DNA of 55,450 bases from an uncultured Woeseiaceae bacterium (GTDB lineage: Bacteria; Pseudomonadota; Gammaproteobacteria; Steroidobacterales; UBA11654): contig CAZWGB010000002.1 of NCBI GenBank assembly GCA_964633465.1, positions 1-55,450 on the forward strand, given 5' to 3'. The position numbers and the translations under genes are program-made. Within the stretch, counting starts at the first letter, position 1, and each line of letters begins with the position of its first letter. Shown here piece by piece: positions 9,803-18,328 of the stretch. Below the pieces are notes generated by a model, which made no database searches, was not told the origin of the DNA, and saw only the letters and a list, made by a program, of their open reading frames with translations.

Positions 9803-10666
9803 ATGCCAATTGAAATTTTAAGACGAGATTTTTTACTAGGATTGGGAGCTGTTGCAATGATGGCTTCAGAAAAATCTTCTGGAGCAATGTATGGATCTGT
9901 TCCTGAAGATGCCCCAGATATGAGTTTGCCACTGAATAATCTGATGAATTTAATTCGTATGCAAGCCAGTCTTGACAGTACAAGTCAAATTCCATGGCAT
10001 TACAACGGTACTTTGTATGCCCAAGTTGGTTCTGAGCAGCCGATTCCAATGGTCAAGATCGAAGGAATGGAAAGTTACAGAGTTTTTCCGTTGGAGGATG
10101 GCTCTTATGAAATTTTGGGTAATATGCTGACATTTTTCCGGGACATTGATACTGGAAAAATGATCCGAGAGTATCAAAATCCATTTACTGGGAAAATCAA
10201 TGAGGTACTGCCTAACATTAGGCAAGCAAGTATTGGCAGAGGTCTGAATATCTCCACCATGGGTGCAAGACCCAAGGCTTTCATTGATCAAATGCCAGAC
10301 AAGCCTTTACTATTGGAATGGACGTTTGGCCCTGAAGCGGTTTGGTTGCAGAATGACACAGCCTATCCTCCGGGTCTTACTGCACCCAGAATGCAAAGAT
10401 CTTCGATGTTTGCTCCACTGGATCAGTTTCTTGATCAAAATGTTAAATCATTACCAACTTTATTTACTGCCACAGTATTGATGCCATGGCTACCTTGGAT
10501 GGATATGAATGAAGTTGAAGGCCATACTCTCTGGCATGCATCAGGAGTTAAATTAAAATCCATCAACCAGCTACCATTGGAGTACTTCACACGAATGATG
10601 GCAGAACATCCTGAATTATCTTCTTTTAATTTAGAAACAGATACCGGACCAGTTGTTTACGAATAA
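9803..10666 (+). CDS. Tat-signal periplasmic protein, DUF1838-like
   Basis: 287 aa. Has a twin-arginine leader ILRRDFLLGLGAVAMMAS. The core WHYNGTLYAQV...FFRDIDTGKMIREYQNPFTG resembles DUF1838 proteins as I remember them. SD AAAGGA lies upstream. Confidence 0.7.
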   Translation: MPIEILRRDFLLGLGAVAMMASEKSSGAMYGSVPEDAPDMSLPLNNLMNLIRMQASLDSTSQIPWHYNGTLYAQVGSEQPIPMVKIEGMESYRVFPLEDGSYEILGNMLTFFRDIDTGKMIREYQNPFTGKINEVLPNIRQASIGRGLNISTMGARPKAFIDQMPDKPLLLEWTFGPEAVWLQNDTAYPPGLTAPRMQRSSMFAPLDQFLDQNVKSLPTLFTATVLMPWLPWMDMNEVEGHTLWHASGVKLKSINQLPLEYFTRMMAEHPELSSFNLETDTGPVVYE

Positions 10667-10687
10667 AACATTGGTTACAATCCCCGC

Positions 10688-11146
10688 GTGGATCCAAAAC
10701 TCAACTTAATTTGTTGTATATTTCTTCTCTTTATTGTTTCCTGTGGTGACCAGGAAAAGATTGAAAATTTAGAATCTAATAGAGAAGTCGGGGCATTAAG
10801 CTCTGAGGGAAAAATTGCCGAAGTAGTTTCAACTGGTGACCTTGAAAGAGGAAGAAAATTGTTCATACAATGTCGTGCATGTCATTCATTGAGACAAGGG
10901 GAACCTCATAAAGTCGGCCCTAATTTATATGGTATTTTCAATAGCAAGGCTGCTACGCGAGAAGGCTTCAATTATTCTGATGAATTCATTGCTTCAACTA
11001 TTGAGTGGGATTTTTCTACACTTGATTTATGGTTAGAAAAACCATACTTACTAGTACCAGGCAACAGAATGGTTTTTTCTGGAATGAATAAGGAGAAAGA
11101 TCGCTTGGATCTAATAGCTTATTTACATCAGGAGACCTCAAACTGA
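10688..11146 (+). CDS. class I c-type cytochrome (c2/mitochondrial-like), probable lipoprotein
   Basis: 152 aa with a GTG start. Has the haem motif CRACH, then GPNLYGIF and a distal NRMVFSGM (Met ligand region). The N-terminal LLFIVS|C is lipobox-like. Confidence 0.8.
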   Translation: MDPKLNLICCIFLLFIVSCGDQEKIENLESNREVGALSSEGKIAEVVSTGDLERGRKLFIQCRACHSLRQGEPHKVGPNLYGIFNSKAATREGFNYSDEFIASTIEWDFSTLDLWLEKPYLLVPGNRMVFSGMNKEKDRLDLIAYLHQETSN

Positions 11147-11197
11147 TTTATAATAATCAAAATGTATGTTCAAAATGATAAGAAATGAGGTATATAC

Positions 11198-11875
11198 ATG
11201 ACCAATGAATCGATTTTAGGGATTTTTGCAAAATCACCCTTTGTTAGTCTCCAAAAACATATGGATATTGGTAAACAAGCAGCAATAGCTCTACAAAATT
11301 TCTTAACTTCTGCAGGCGTTTCTGATTGGAGCAAAGCAAAGCAATATCGACAAGAAATTATTGATCTTGAGCATGCTGCAGATGATATTAAGAATCAAAT
11401 TCGAACTCATTTGCCAAAATCCTTGTTTATGTCAGTTTCCAGAGAAGATCTGTTGGATTTGGTTTACACCATGGACGGAATACCAAATACAGCCAAAGAT
11501 ATTTCAGGAATCATGATTGGAAGACAAATGGAAATTCCAAATCAAATTGCTGAACAATTTTCGGCTTTTGTCAAGGCTGCAATAAAGGCAGCAAAACAAG
11601 CTTCAGCGGCAATTGAAAAAGTTGATGAAGTTCGAAGAGGAGGATTTAGTTCTAGTGATGCAGATTTGTTACAAGATCTTGTTGCAGAGCTGGAATTGCT
11701 TGAGCACGAAAATGACGATTTAGAAGCTGCTCTTAGAAATGATTTTTTTGAAATTGAAAAAGATTTTCCCGCAGTTGATGCGATGTTTTTATATGACATT
11801 TTCAACAGAATTGGTTCCCTTGCTGATATTTCACAAACGGCGGGACATATTTTAATCCGAATGGTGTCCAAATAA
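11198..11875 (+). CDS. DUF47 / TIGR00153-family PhoU-like phosphate-transport accessory protein
   Basis: 225 aa. Has the N-terminal ILGIFAKSPF..LQKHM typical of the PiT-associated PhoU-like family. It lies immediately upstream of a PiT transporter, 15 nt away. Confidence 0.8.
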   Translation: MTNESILGIFAKSPFVSLQKHMDIGKQAAIALQNFLTSAGVSDWSKAKQYRQEIIDLEHAADDIKNQIRTHLPKSLFMSVSREDLLDLVYTMDGIPNTAKDISGIMIGRQMEIPNQIAEQFSAFVKAAIKAAKQASAAIEKVDEVRRGGFSSSDADLLQDLVAELELLEHENDDLEAALRNDFFEIEKDFPAVDAMFLYDIFNRIGSLADISQTAGHILIRMVSK

Positions 11876-11890
11876 TATTTGAGGTAAATA

Positions 11891-13159
11891 ATGTTTGAAG
11901 TAATAGCCGAACATGGTCAACTCTTACTGATTTTAGGGTGTATTTTTGGATTTTTTATGGCTTGGGGCATTGGCGCCAACGACGTTGCCAACGCCATGGG
12001 TACTTCGGTCGGAGCAAGAGCATTGACTGTGGCGCAAGCCATCATGGTCGCCTGTATTTTTGAATTCGCTGGTGCTTATCTCGCTGGAGGTGAAGTCACA
12101 TCAACGATCAGAAAAGGAATTATTGATGCAACAGTCATTAGCGAAACACCCGAGCTTCTCGTGTTTGGCATGCTGGCTTCTTTACTAGCAGCTGGCATTT
12201 GGCTCTTGATAGCCTCTTACTTTGGTTGGCCTGTATCAACCACACATTCAATTGTGGGAGCAATTGTCGGTTTCGCTGCAGTGGGCATTGGTGTTGATGT
12301 TATCCAATGGTCAAAAGTCGCTTCCATATTAGCCAGTTGGATCGTATCCCCTGTGATGGCAGGAACCATTGCATTCCTACTATTTACGACCGTTAGGAAA
12401 TTAATACTACAAACAGAAGACCCGTTCATGAGCGCTAAAAGGTACGTCCCTTTCTATATGTTCTTGGCAGGTTTTGTGGTCGCTATGGTGACGTTTCTAA
12501 AAGGATTGAAGCATGTAGGACTTGATTTTACTGCCATGGAGAGTGTTGCTTGGGCATTGGTTTTTGCTTTAATCATTGCTCTCTTGGGAACCCTCTTATT
12601 GCAGAGAATAGACAACACAATTAAGGAAAAAAATGGAGCTATGTTTGATGGTGTTGAGCGAGTATTTGCCATCCTGATGGTTTTCACAGCATGTGCAATG
12701 GCATTTGCTCATGGTTCGAACGATGTTGCTAATGCCATTGGTCCTTTAGCAGCAATTGTTTCAGTGGTTCAAAGCGGAGGAGAAATAGCTGCCAAGTCGA
12801 TTTTACCACCTTGGATATTGTTAATTGGTGCCTCCGGGATTGTTATCGGCCTAGCTATGCTAGGCTTCAGGGTGATGATGACTGTTGGGAGAGCCATCAC
12901 TGAGTTAACACCAAGCCGCGGTTTTGCAGCAGAATTAGCAGCTGCTGGAACCGTTGTCATTGCTTCTGGAACTGGTTTGCCCATATCTACAACCCATACT
13001 TTGGTGGGTGCCGTATTGGGTGTAGGTTTAGCCAGAGGCATAGGGGCAATTAATCTAAGTGTTGTTGGTAAAATTATTTTGTCATGGATTGTGACCTTGC
13101 CAGTGGGGGCAGGGCTATCCATTATGTTCTTTTTTGCTCTTAAGGGATTCTTTACCTAG
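11891..13159 (+). CDS. inorganic phosphate transporter, PiT family
   Basis: 422 aa and polytopic. The PiT signature is duplicated: GANDVANAMGTSVG near the N-terminus and GSNDVANAIGP in the second half. Confidence 0.92.
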   Translation: MFEVIAEHGQLLLILGCIFGFFMAWGIGANDVANAMGTSVGARALTVAQAIMVACIFEFAGAYLAGGEVTSTIRKGIIDATVISETPELLVFGMLASLLAAGIWLLIASYFGWPVSTTHSIVGAIVGFAAVGIGVDVIQWSKVASILASWIVSPVMAGTIAFLLFTTVRKLILQTEDPFMSAKRYVPFYMFLAGFVVAMVTFLKGLKHVGLDFTAMESVAWALVFALIIALLGTLLLQRIDNTIKEKNGAMFDGVERVFAILMVFTACAMAFAHGSNDVANAIGPLAAIVSVVQSGGEIAAKSILPPWILLIGASGIVIGLAMLGFRVMMTVGRAITELTPSRGFAAELAAAGTVVIASGTGLPISTTHTLVGAVLGVGLARGIGAINLSVVGKIILSWIVTLPVGAGLSIMFFFALKGFFT

Positions 13160-13221
13160 CTTAGATTATTTATAGGAAGCTCACTGATAGATCAGAGACT
13201 AAATCGATGGAGGAAGAGTGA

Positions 13222-14283
13222 ATGACTAAAACGATATTCACCCTTCTCATTGTATCAACCTGGTTTTCCTTAACACTTGCCAATGCAGATGAAAAACCAG
13301 TTGAATTCAATACTGATTTTCGCTATCGCTACGAATTTGTTGATGATGATAGCAAAGATTCTTCGCGCAGAAGAAACAGGATAAGAAGTCGCTTTAGTCT
13401 TATCGGGAACGTTAGTGAACAATTTAAAATCAATCTCAGATTTGCTACTGCTGAGAAGAATCCTACCTCAGCAAATCAAGACTTAGGCCACGATTTTTCA
13501 CTTAAGGACATTGGCTTGGATCAGTTTTATTTTGATTACTCAATCTCTGATAATTTCAGCCTCCTGGGAGGCAAAGTAAAAAATCCATATTTCAAAGCCA
13601 ACAAGAGCGAATTGATTTTTGATGGGGATTACAATCCAGAAGGTTTAGCTCTTCACTTTAATAATGGAATTGTATTTGGCTCAATAGGAACTTTCTCTAT
13701 GGATGAGCATGAATCGGTAGATGATATATCCATATCAGGCTTTCAAGTTGGAGTTTCCAACAAAACATCAACAGGAGCTAGATATAAAATTGCATTGGCT
13801 CGATATAGTTTTGATGATATTAGTGGAAGGCCGGCATCAGAAATAACATGGAATGGCAAAATTTTTGGTAACCCAACGGATGCAAGTGGAAATTATCTTA
13901 ACAATTATACTTTGAATAATTTCTCTGCTGAGATTAATGCAAATATTGGTGCTCAAGAAATGCCAGCAATCTTTTTTATCGATTGGGTTAAGAACAGTGA
14001 GGCAGATAGTGACGATAGTGGGTATCAAATTGGATTAAAATTATCTTTTGTTAATTCTTGGAATGTCACTTATTTTTACCAGGATTTAGAGAAAAATGCA
14101 GTTTTTGGTGCCCTAACCAATTCAGATTTTGGAGGTGGTGGAGCAGGTCATAAAGGCCATGGCATCAAATTAAATTATGGATTCTCTAAGAATCTAAGCA
14201 TTGAGTTTACTTGGTTTGATAACGATAAAGATATGACGACTGACTACACCCGAATTTTTCTCGATCTAAAATACAAATACTAA
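13222..14283 (+). CDS. putative outer-membrane beta-barrel porin
   Basis: 353 aa. Has a Sec signal ...LTLANA|DE, alternating amphipathic strands rich in Y/F/G/N/D, and a C-terminal ...DLKYKY aromatic terminus typical of OMPs. Specificity is unknown. Confidence 0.65.
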   Translation: MTKTIFTLLIVSTWFSLTLANADEKPVEFNTDFRYRYEFVDDDSKDSSRRRNRIRSRFSLIGNVSEQFKINLRFATAEKNPTSANQDLGHDFSLKDIGLDQFYFDYSISDNFSLLGGKVKNPYFKANKSELIFDGDYNPEGLALHFNNGIVFGSIGTFSMDEHESVDDISISGFQVGVSNKTSTGARYKIALARYSFDDISGRPASEITWNGKIFGNPTDASGNYLNNYTLNNFSAEINANIGAQEMPAIFFIDWVKNSEADSDDSGYQIGLKLSFVNSWNVTYFYQDLEKNAVFGALTNSDFGGGGAGHKGHGIKLNYGFSKNLSIEFTWFDNDKDMTTDYTRIFLDLKYKY

Positions 14284-14289
14284 GAATTA

Positions 14290-15237
14290 CTAACCGGCGA
14301 TTCCCCAGCCACCATTTTGATAACCTTTAGGGAGCCCAGAATCAACGGTAAACCCATACAGCTCTTCTTTCGGCAGAGATCCTTTAACCATCCGATTCAC
14401 TTCAATGAGCGCCTCTAAATTTATACCAGTTTGCAGTCCCATAGCATCAAGCATAAAAACGAGATCTTCAGTAACAATATTGCCACTTGCACCGGGTGCA
14501 AATGGACAACCGCCAATACCTCCCAAAGAAGAATCCAGGGTGGTAATACCTTCTTCCAAAGCAGCTAGAGCATTGGCCAGACCAAGTCCACGGGTATTAT
14601 GCAAGTGGATACTGGTCAAATGCTGCTCACCCACTTCGTTTTTCACTAATCGGATCAATCTTTTAATCTGTGCTGGATTGGCGTAACCGGTGGTATCTGA
14701 AAGACCCAATTCATCACAGCCCAATTCCATTAATTGAACTCCAAGCGAGAGCACAGTTTTTTCAGCAACAGGTCCTTCCATGGTGCATCCAAATGCGGTG
14801 GATAGATTGCCTTCAAATTCAGGTCTTTTTGTTTCCTCCAAAGAATTGATGTACTGAACAATATTCTCAACCTCTTTAAGTACTTCACTATGGCTTTTTC
14901 TTAAATTTGATTGGCTGTGTGTTTCACTGACAGACAGTGGTAAGCACATCTTGTCAACACCAGCTTCTATTGCATTTTTTGCCCCAAAAAAGTTTGGAAC
15001 CAAGGCAGTAACGGTTAAGCCGGGTAGAGTTTTTGCATATCTTACAATTTCTCCAGTATCGGCCATTTGTGGTAATAGTTTTGCTGGCACAAAAGATCCC
15101 ACTTCAATTTCACGCACGCCAGCTGCCGCTTCAGCTTTAATCCACCGTTTCTTGTCTTCGGTTGACATGATGGTATCTATGCTTTGCAGGCCGTCTCTTG
15201 GGCCTACTTCACTCACTAGTACATCAATGTTAGTCAT
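14290..15237 (-). CDS. hydroxymethylglutaryl-CoA lyase (HMGL-like pyruvate-carboxyltransferase fold)
   Basis: 315 aa. Has EVGPRDGLQS at the N-terminus, then HLHNTRGLGLANALAALEEG and GGCPFAPGASGN, the landmarks of the HMG-CoA lyase family. Confidence 0.88.
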   Translation of the reverse strand: MTNIDVLVSEVGPRDGLQSIDTIMSTEDKKRWIKAEAAAGVREIEVGSFVPAKLLPQMADTGEIVRYAKTLPGLTVTALVPNFFGAKNAIEAGVDKMCLPLSVSETHSQSNLRKSHSEVLKEVENIVQYINSLEETKRPEFEGNLSTAFGCTMEGPVAEKTVLSLGVQLMELGCDELGLSDTTGYANPAQIKRLIRLVKNEVGEQHLTSIHLHNTRGLGLANALAALEEGITTLDSSLGGIGGCPFAPGASGNIVTEDLVFMLDAMGLQTGINLEALIEVNRMVKGSLPKEELYGFTVDSGLPKGYQNGGWGIAG

Positions 15238-15414
15238 AACTAATTCCTTGATTATTGATTCCTATTCTATGCGATCTGGATTTTCAGAGAAATATTTAAC
15301 AGAAAATTAATTTTCAAAAATAAATAAATACCTTATGCTTACCCATCTAAAATTACATTTATCGTTTGTTAACAACACCATTAGAAATCTTTAGGCAAAC
15401 AAGCAAACTCTTTA

Positions 15415-17682
15415 ATGAAGAAAAAAACTAATGACCAATTCACTCTGTTTGATCGCAGAAAATTTATAAAATTTTTTGGTCTTAGCTCTGCTTTGCTCGT
15501 AGCTGGTCTGGATGTACTCTATTCAGGCGGTATTAAAGCACAAGCATGGGTAGCAACAATGACTAAGGATTTGGGTTGGAAGCCTGTGGATTTACCCTTA
15601 CCCAGTCTGACAGACGGATTCACTCCTGATGAACAAATAGAATTCTATTCTGAATACGAAGCCCAGGATGATCTAATCTTACCCGAAGGCTTTACCTACA
15701 ATGTTATTGCTTCTTGGGGCGACCCTGTTGGCGATTGCAGATACGGGTACAACAATGACCACATTGGATTTGTAGAATCCGGTGTGAATCAAGCCTATCT
15801 GGTCGTAAACCATGAAAATATGGATTATGACAGTCTTGCTACTTATCTTGAGACCTTTCCTATGGTAATGGGCTATGCATTGCCTGATGTACTTAACAAG
15901 ATAAAGGACAATGTAATTTTGGACTTTTCAGAAATGAATGATGAGGACCCCAAAAAAGAGATGATTAAATCCATGGCGTTAGAGGGTGCTGCAGATATGG
16001 GTATATCTGTGATTTCCGTTGAGCGGAATAATAATGGTGATTGGGTCAGAACATTTTCCGAGCAAGACAGAAGAATTTCAGTAACACAAGCACTGAAGGA
16101 TCCAGCTAAGCTATCTAAATCTACCGGTCCAGCTAGTTCAGTCTTTAGAAAACAAAACAAAATTGGATTTGACGATGGTCTCTTGGATAAATGCATAGGC
16201 AGTTTTTGGAACTGCTCAGGCGGAACAACCCCATGGGGAACTGTGATCAGTGCAGAAGAATGGCTGGATGCTCATGTTATCTATCCAGTCAAAGCAGATG
16301 GCAGTTCATTTCCGCCGACAACCATGCCCTTTTATACCTCAACCTTCAGTGGGTTGGGTAATATCTTCGAGCTGGCAGGCAACAAATACGGTTGGGGAGT
16401 TGAAGTAGATCCTGAAAATAAGGATGATTTTGGCACCAAACACACCATGCTCGGTCGCTACCGACATGAAGCGTTTTCCTTTAATTGCAAGAAAAATCAA
16501 TCACTTGCAGTCTACGCCGGCGATGATACCAAAGGTGGACATATTTATAAAATGATTAGTGCGGGCAAAGTATCCGATCCAAAGTCGAAGAGCAATTCAA
16601 AACTCTTTGAAGCAGGAGTATTACATGCTGCTAAATTCTTAAAAGATGGAACGGGTTATTGGATACCGTTGATCCCTGATACGATTCTTGACCCAGTTCT
16701 ACCGAGTAGTGTTATCGCTGGAATCGTTAGTCTTCCAAATCCAGATAGAGTTAAAGGCGGTATACAGACTTACACCACAGATGATGAGGTTAGCTCCATT
16801 TATCAAAACAAAGGTTTTGATAAATTGGGTGACCTGTATCTGGGCGATGACGATACAGAAATTCAGGGGGCAATATTAATTGATGCTCACTATGCTGCTA
16901 ATGCAGTAGGAGCTACTGGATGTCCTAGGCCCGAAGACTGTGAGTTTGATGACAAAAAAGGTGTTTTGTATTTTGCTTGTACCGCGATTACCGGGGACGC
17001 TGAGGATAGCGATAGCCCTGACAGGGAGATTTTTGCTTGGGATGACCATGAGGAAAATGAAAATCTTGCTGATCGGCAAAATGACCCTTATCGTCCAGGT
17101 ATCATACTCAAAATTGCAGATGACAACGATGCCTCTCCTGAATCTTTAACTTTTACATGGGAAACATTGATGATGGGCGGTGAGCCTGTAGATGGCGGTG
17201 CAGGTTGGGCAAATCCAGATAATCTTGAGCTTGATGACAAAGGTAATCTATGGATGGTGACCGATATCTCATCGGAAGTACTAAATCAACCGGTGATTGA
17301 TCGTGACCAAGTTTCCAACAGTTCATTGCGAGGTATTTACAGCAACAATAACGCATGGTTTATTCCTACTTCAGGGCCTTATTCAGGCCAATCTTTTCCT
17401 TTTGCTATCGGTCCCACGGAAACAGAGTTGTGTGGTTTGCAATTTAGCACAGATCAAAAAACCCTATTTCTGACACCACAACACCCTGGGGTTTTTAATG
17501 GTATACGCAGAGATATGGCTTTTGAGGAAAGACAATTTGCATTAAAAACAACGGATGGTAGAGAGTTTTTTCAAGTTCGAAAAGTGCCTATCGGCTCAAA
17601 TTGGCCATCAAAGGAACCCAACCAACCTCCACGCCCATCAATCGTTGCAGTCCGTCGTAAAAACAATAAACCTATCGTTTAG
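15415..17682 (+). CDS. phoX: alkaline phosphatase PhoX (DUF839), Tat-exported
   Basis: 755 aa. Has a twin-arginine leader DRRKFIKFFGLSSALLVAG and the PhoX core motif NCSGGTTPWGTVISAEE. The size fits the PhoX family. Confidence 0.85.
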   Translation: MKKKTNDQFTLFDRRKFIKFFGLSSALLVAGLDVLYSGGIKAQAWVATMTKDLGWKPVDLPLPSLTDGFTPDEQIEFYSEYEAQDDLILPEGFTYNVIASWGDPVGDCRYGYNNDHIGFVESGVNQAYLVVNHENMDYDSLATYLETFPMVMGYALPDVLNKIKDNVILDFSEMNDEDPKKEMIKSMALEGAADMGISVISVERNNNGDWVRTFSEQDRRISVTQALKDPAKLSKSTGPASSVFRKQNKIGFDDGLLDKCIGSFWNCSGGTTPWGTVISAEEWLDAHVIYPVKADGSSFPPTTMPFYTSTFSGLGNIFELAGNKYGWGVEVDPENKDDFGTKHTMLGRYRHEAFSFNCKKNQSLAVYAGDDTKGGHIYKMISAGKVSDPKSKSNSKLFEAGVLHAAKFLKDGTGYWIPLIPDTILDPVLPSSVIAGIVSLPNPDRVKGGIQTYTTDDEVSSIYQNKGFDKLGDLYLGDDDTEIQGAILIDAHYAANAVGATGCPRPEDCEFDDKKGVLYFACTAITGDAEDSDSPDREIFAWDDHEENENLADRQNDPYRPGIILKIADDNDASPESLTFTWETLMMGGEPVDGGAGWANPDNLELDDKGNLWMVTDISSEVLNQPVIDRDQVSNSSLRGIYSNNNAWFIPTSGPYSGQSFPFAIGPTETELCGLQFSTDQKTLFLTPQHPGVFNGIRRDMAFEERQFALKTTDGREFFQVRKVPIGSNWPSKEPNQPPRPSIVAVRRKNNKPIV

Positions 17683-17704
17683 TCTCTAGGGATTTAAATA
17701 ACAG

Positions 17705-18328
17705 TCATTTAAAGTAAACCCAAGGTCTAATCCAATGGTCATTTTCTTCAAATGCTTCTATGGAGGCCATCATCTTTAGGGTTGATCCTATCGTATCAAG
17801 TCCTTGAAGCAGATTTTGTTGATTGCTGGGCTCAATCTCAAAGGAATATCTAATATCACTCCCAGCAATGATAGTGGTATCTTTTAAATCCACAGTCAGT
17901 TGATTTACAGCTGGGTTAAGTTCGACGAAAGTTTGTAGTTCTCTAATTTTCTCCGTTCCCAAAAGGACAGGAAGAATCCCATTTTGGATGCAATTGTTGT
18001 AAAAAATAGAGCCAAAGCTTGGCGCAACAATTGCTCGAATACCCCACTGATATAGAGCCCAGACAGCGTGTTCTCTTGAGGATCCGCAACCAAAATTTTC
18101 TCCTGTGAGTATGAAGGATGCTCTCCTGTATGGTTCTTGATTAAGAATAAATGCTGGGTTTTCTTTTCTGGTTTTAAGGGATAAGTACCTCCATTCTGCA
18201 AATAAACCATCTTCCAAGCCTTTTTTTGAGACTGATTTTATCTCTCTGCTTGGGATGATGGCATCGGTATCGATATTGAGGTGAATCAATGTTGCAGCAA
18301 TGCCTGTGTGTTGCTTAAATGGCTCCAT
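17705..18328 (-). CDS. leuD: 3-isopropylmalate dehydratase small subunit (LeuD-like)
   Basis: 207 aa. Has HTGIAATL..NIDTDAIIP and GENFGCGSSREHA aconitase swivel-domain motifs. Overlaps the upstream large-subunit gene by 1 nt (TAATG). Confidence 0.8.
   Translation of the reverse strand: MEPFKQHTGIAATLIHLNIDTDAIIPSREIKSVSKKGLEDGLFAEWRYLSLKTRKENPAFILNQEPYRRASFILTGENFGCGSSREHAVWALYQWGIRAIVAPSFGSIFYNNCIQNGILPVLLGTEKIRELQTFVELNPAVNQLTVDLKDTTIIAGSDIRYSFEIEPSNQQNLLQGLDTIGSTLKMMASIEAFEENDHWIRPWVYFK

Noticed and set aside
15238-15414. Pho box (CTGTCAT-N4-CTGTCAT) upstream of phoX in the 177-nt divergent region.
   Set aside because: Only loose A/T-rich half-matches are present (for example TTACCCA and TTACATT, 14 nt apart rather than 11). 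Nothing here is distinguishable from background by eye.
17693-17713. The hairpin TTTAAAT-AACAGTC-ATTTAAA between phoX and leuD, as a possible bidirectional terminator.
   Set aside because: The stem is 7 bp of pure A/T and overlaps the leuD stop codon. It is far too weak to call.
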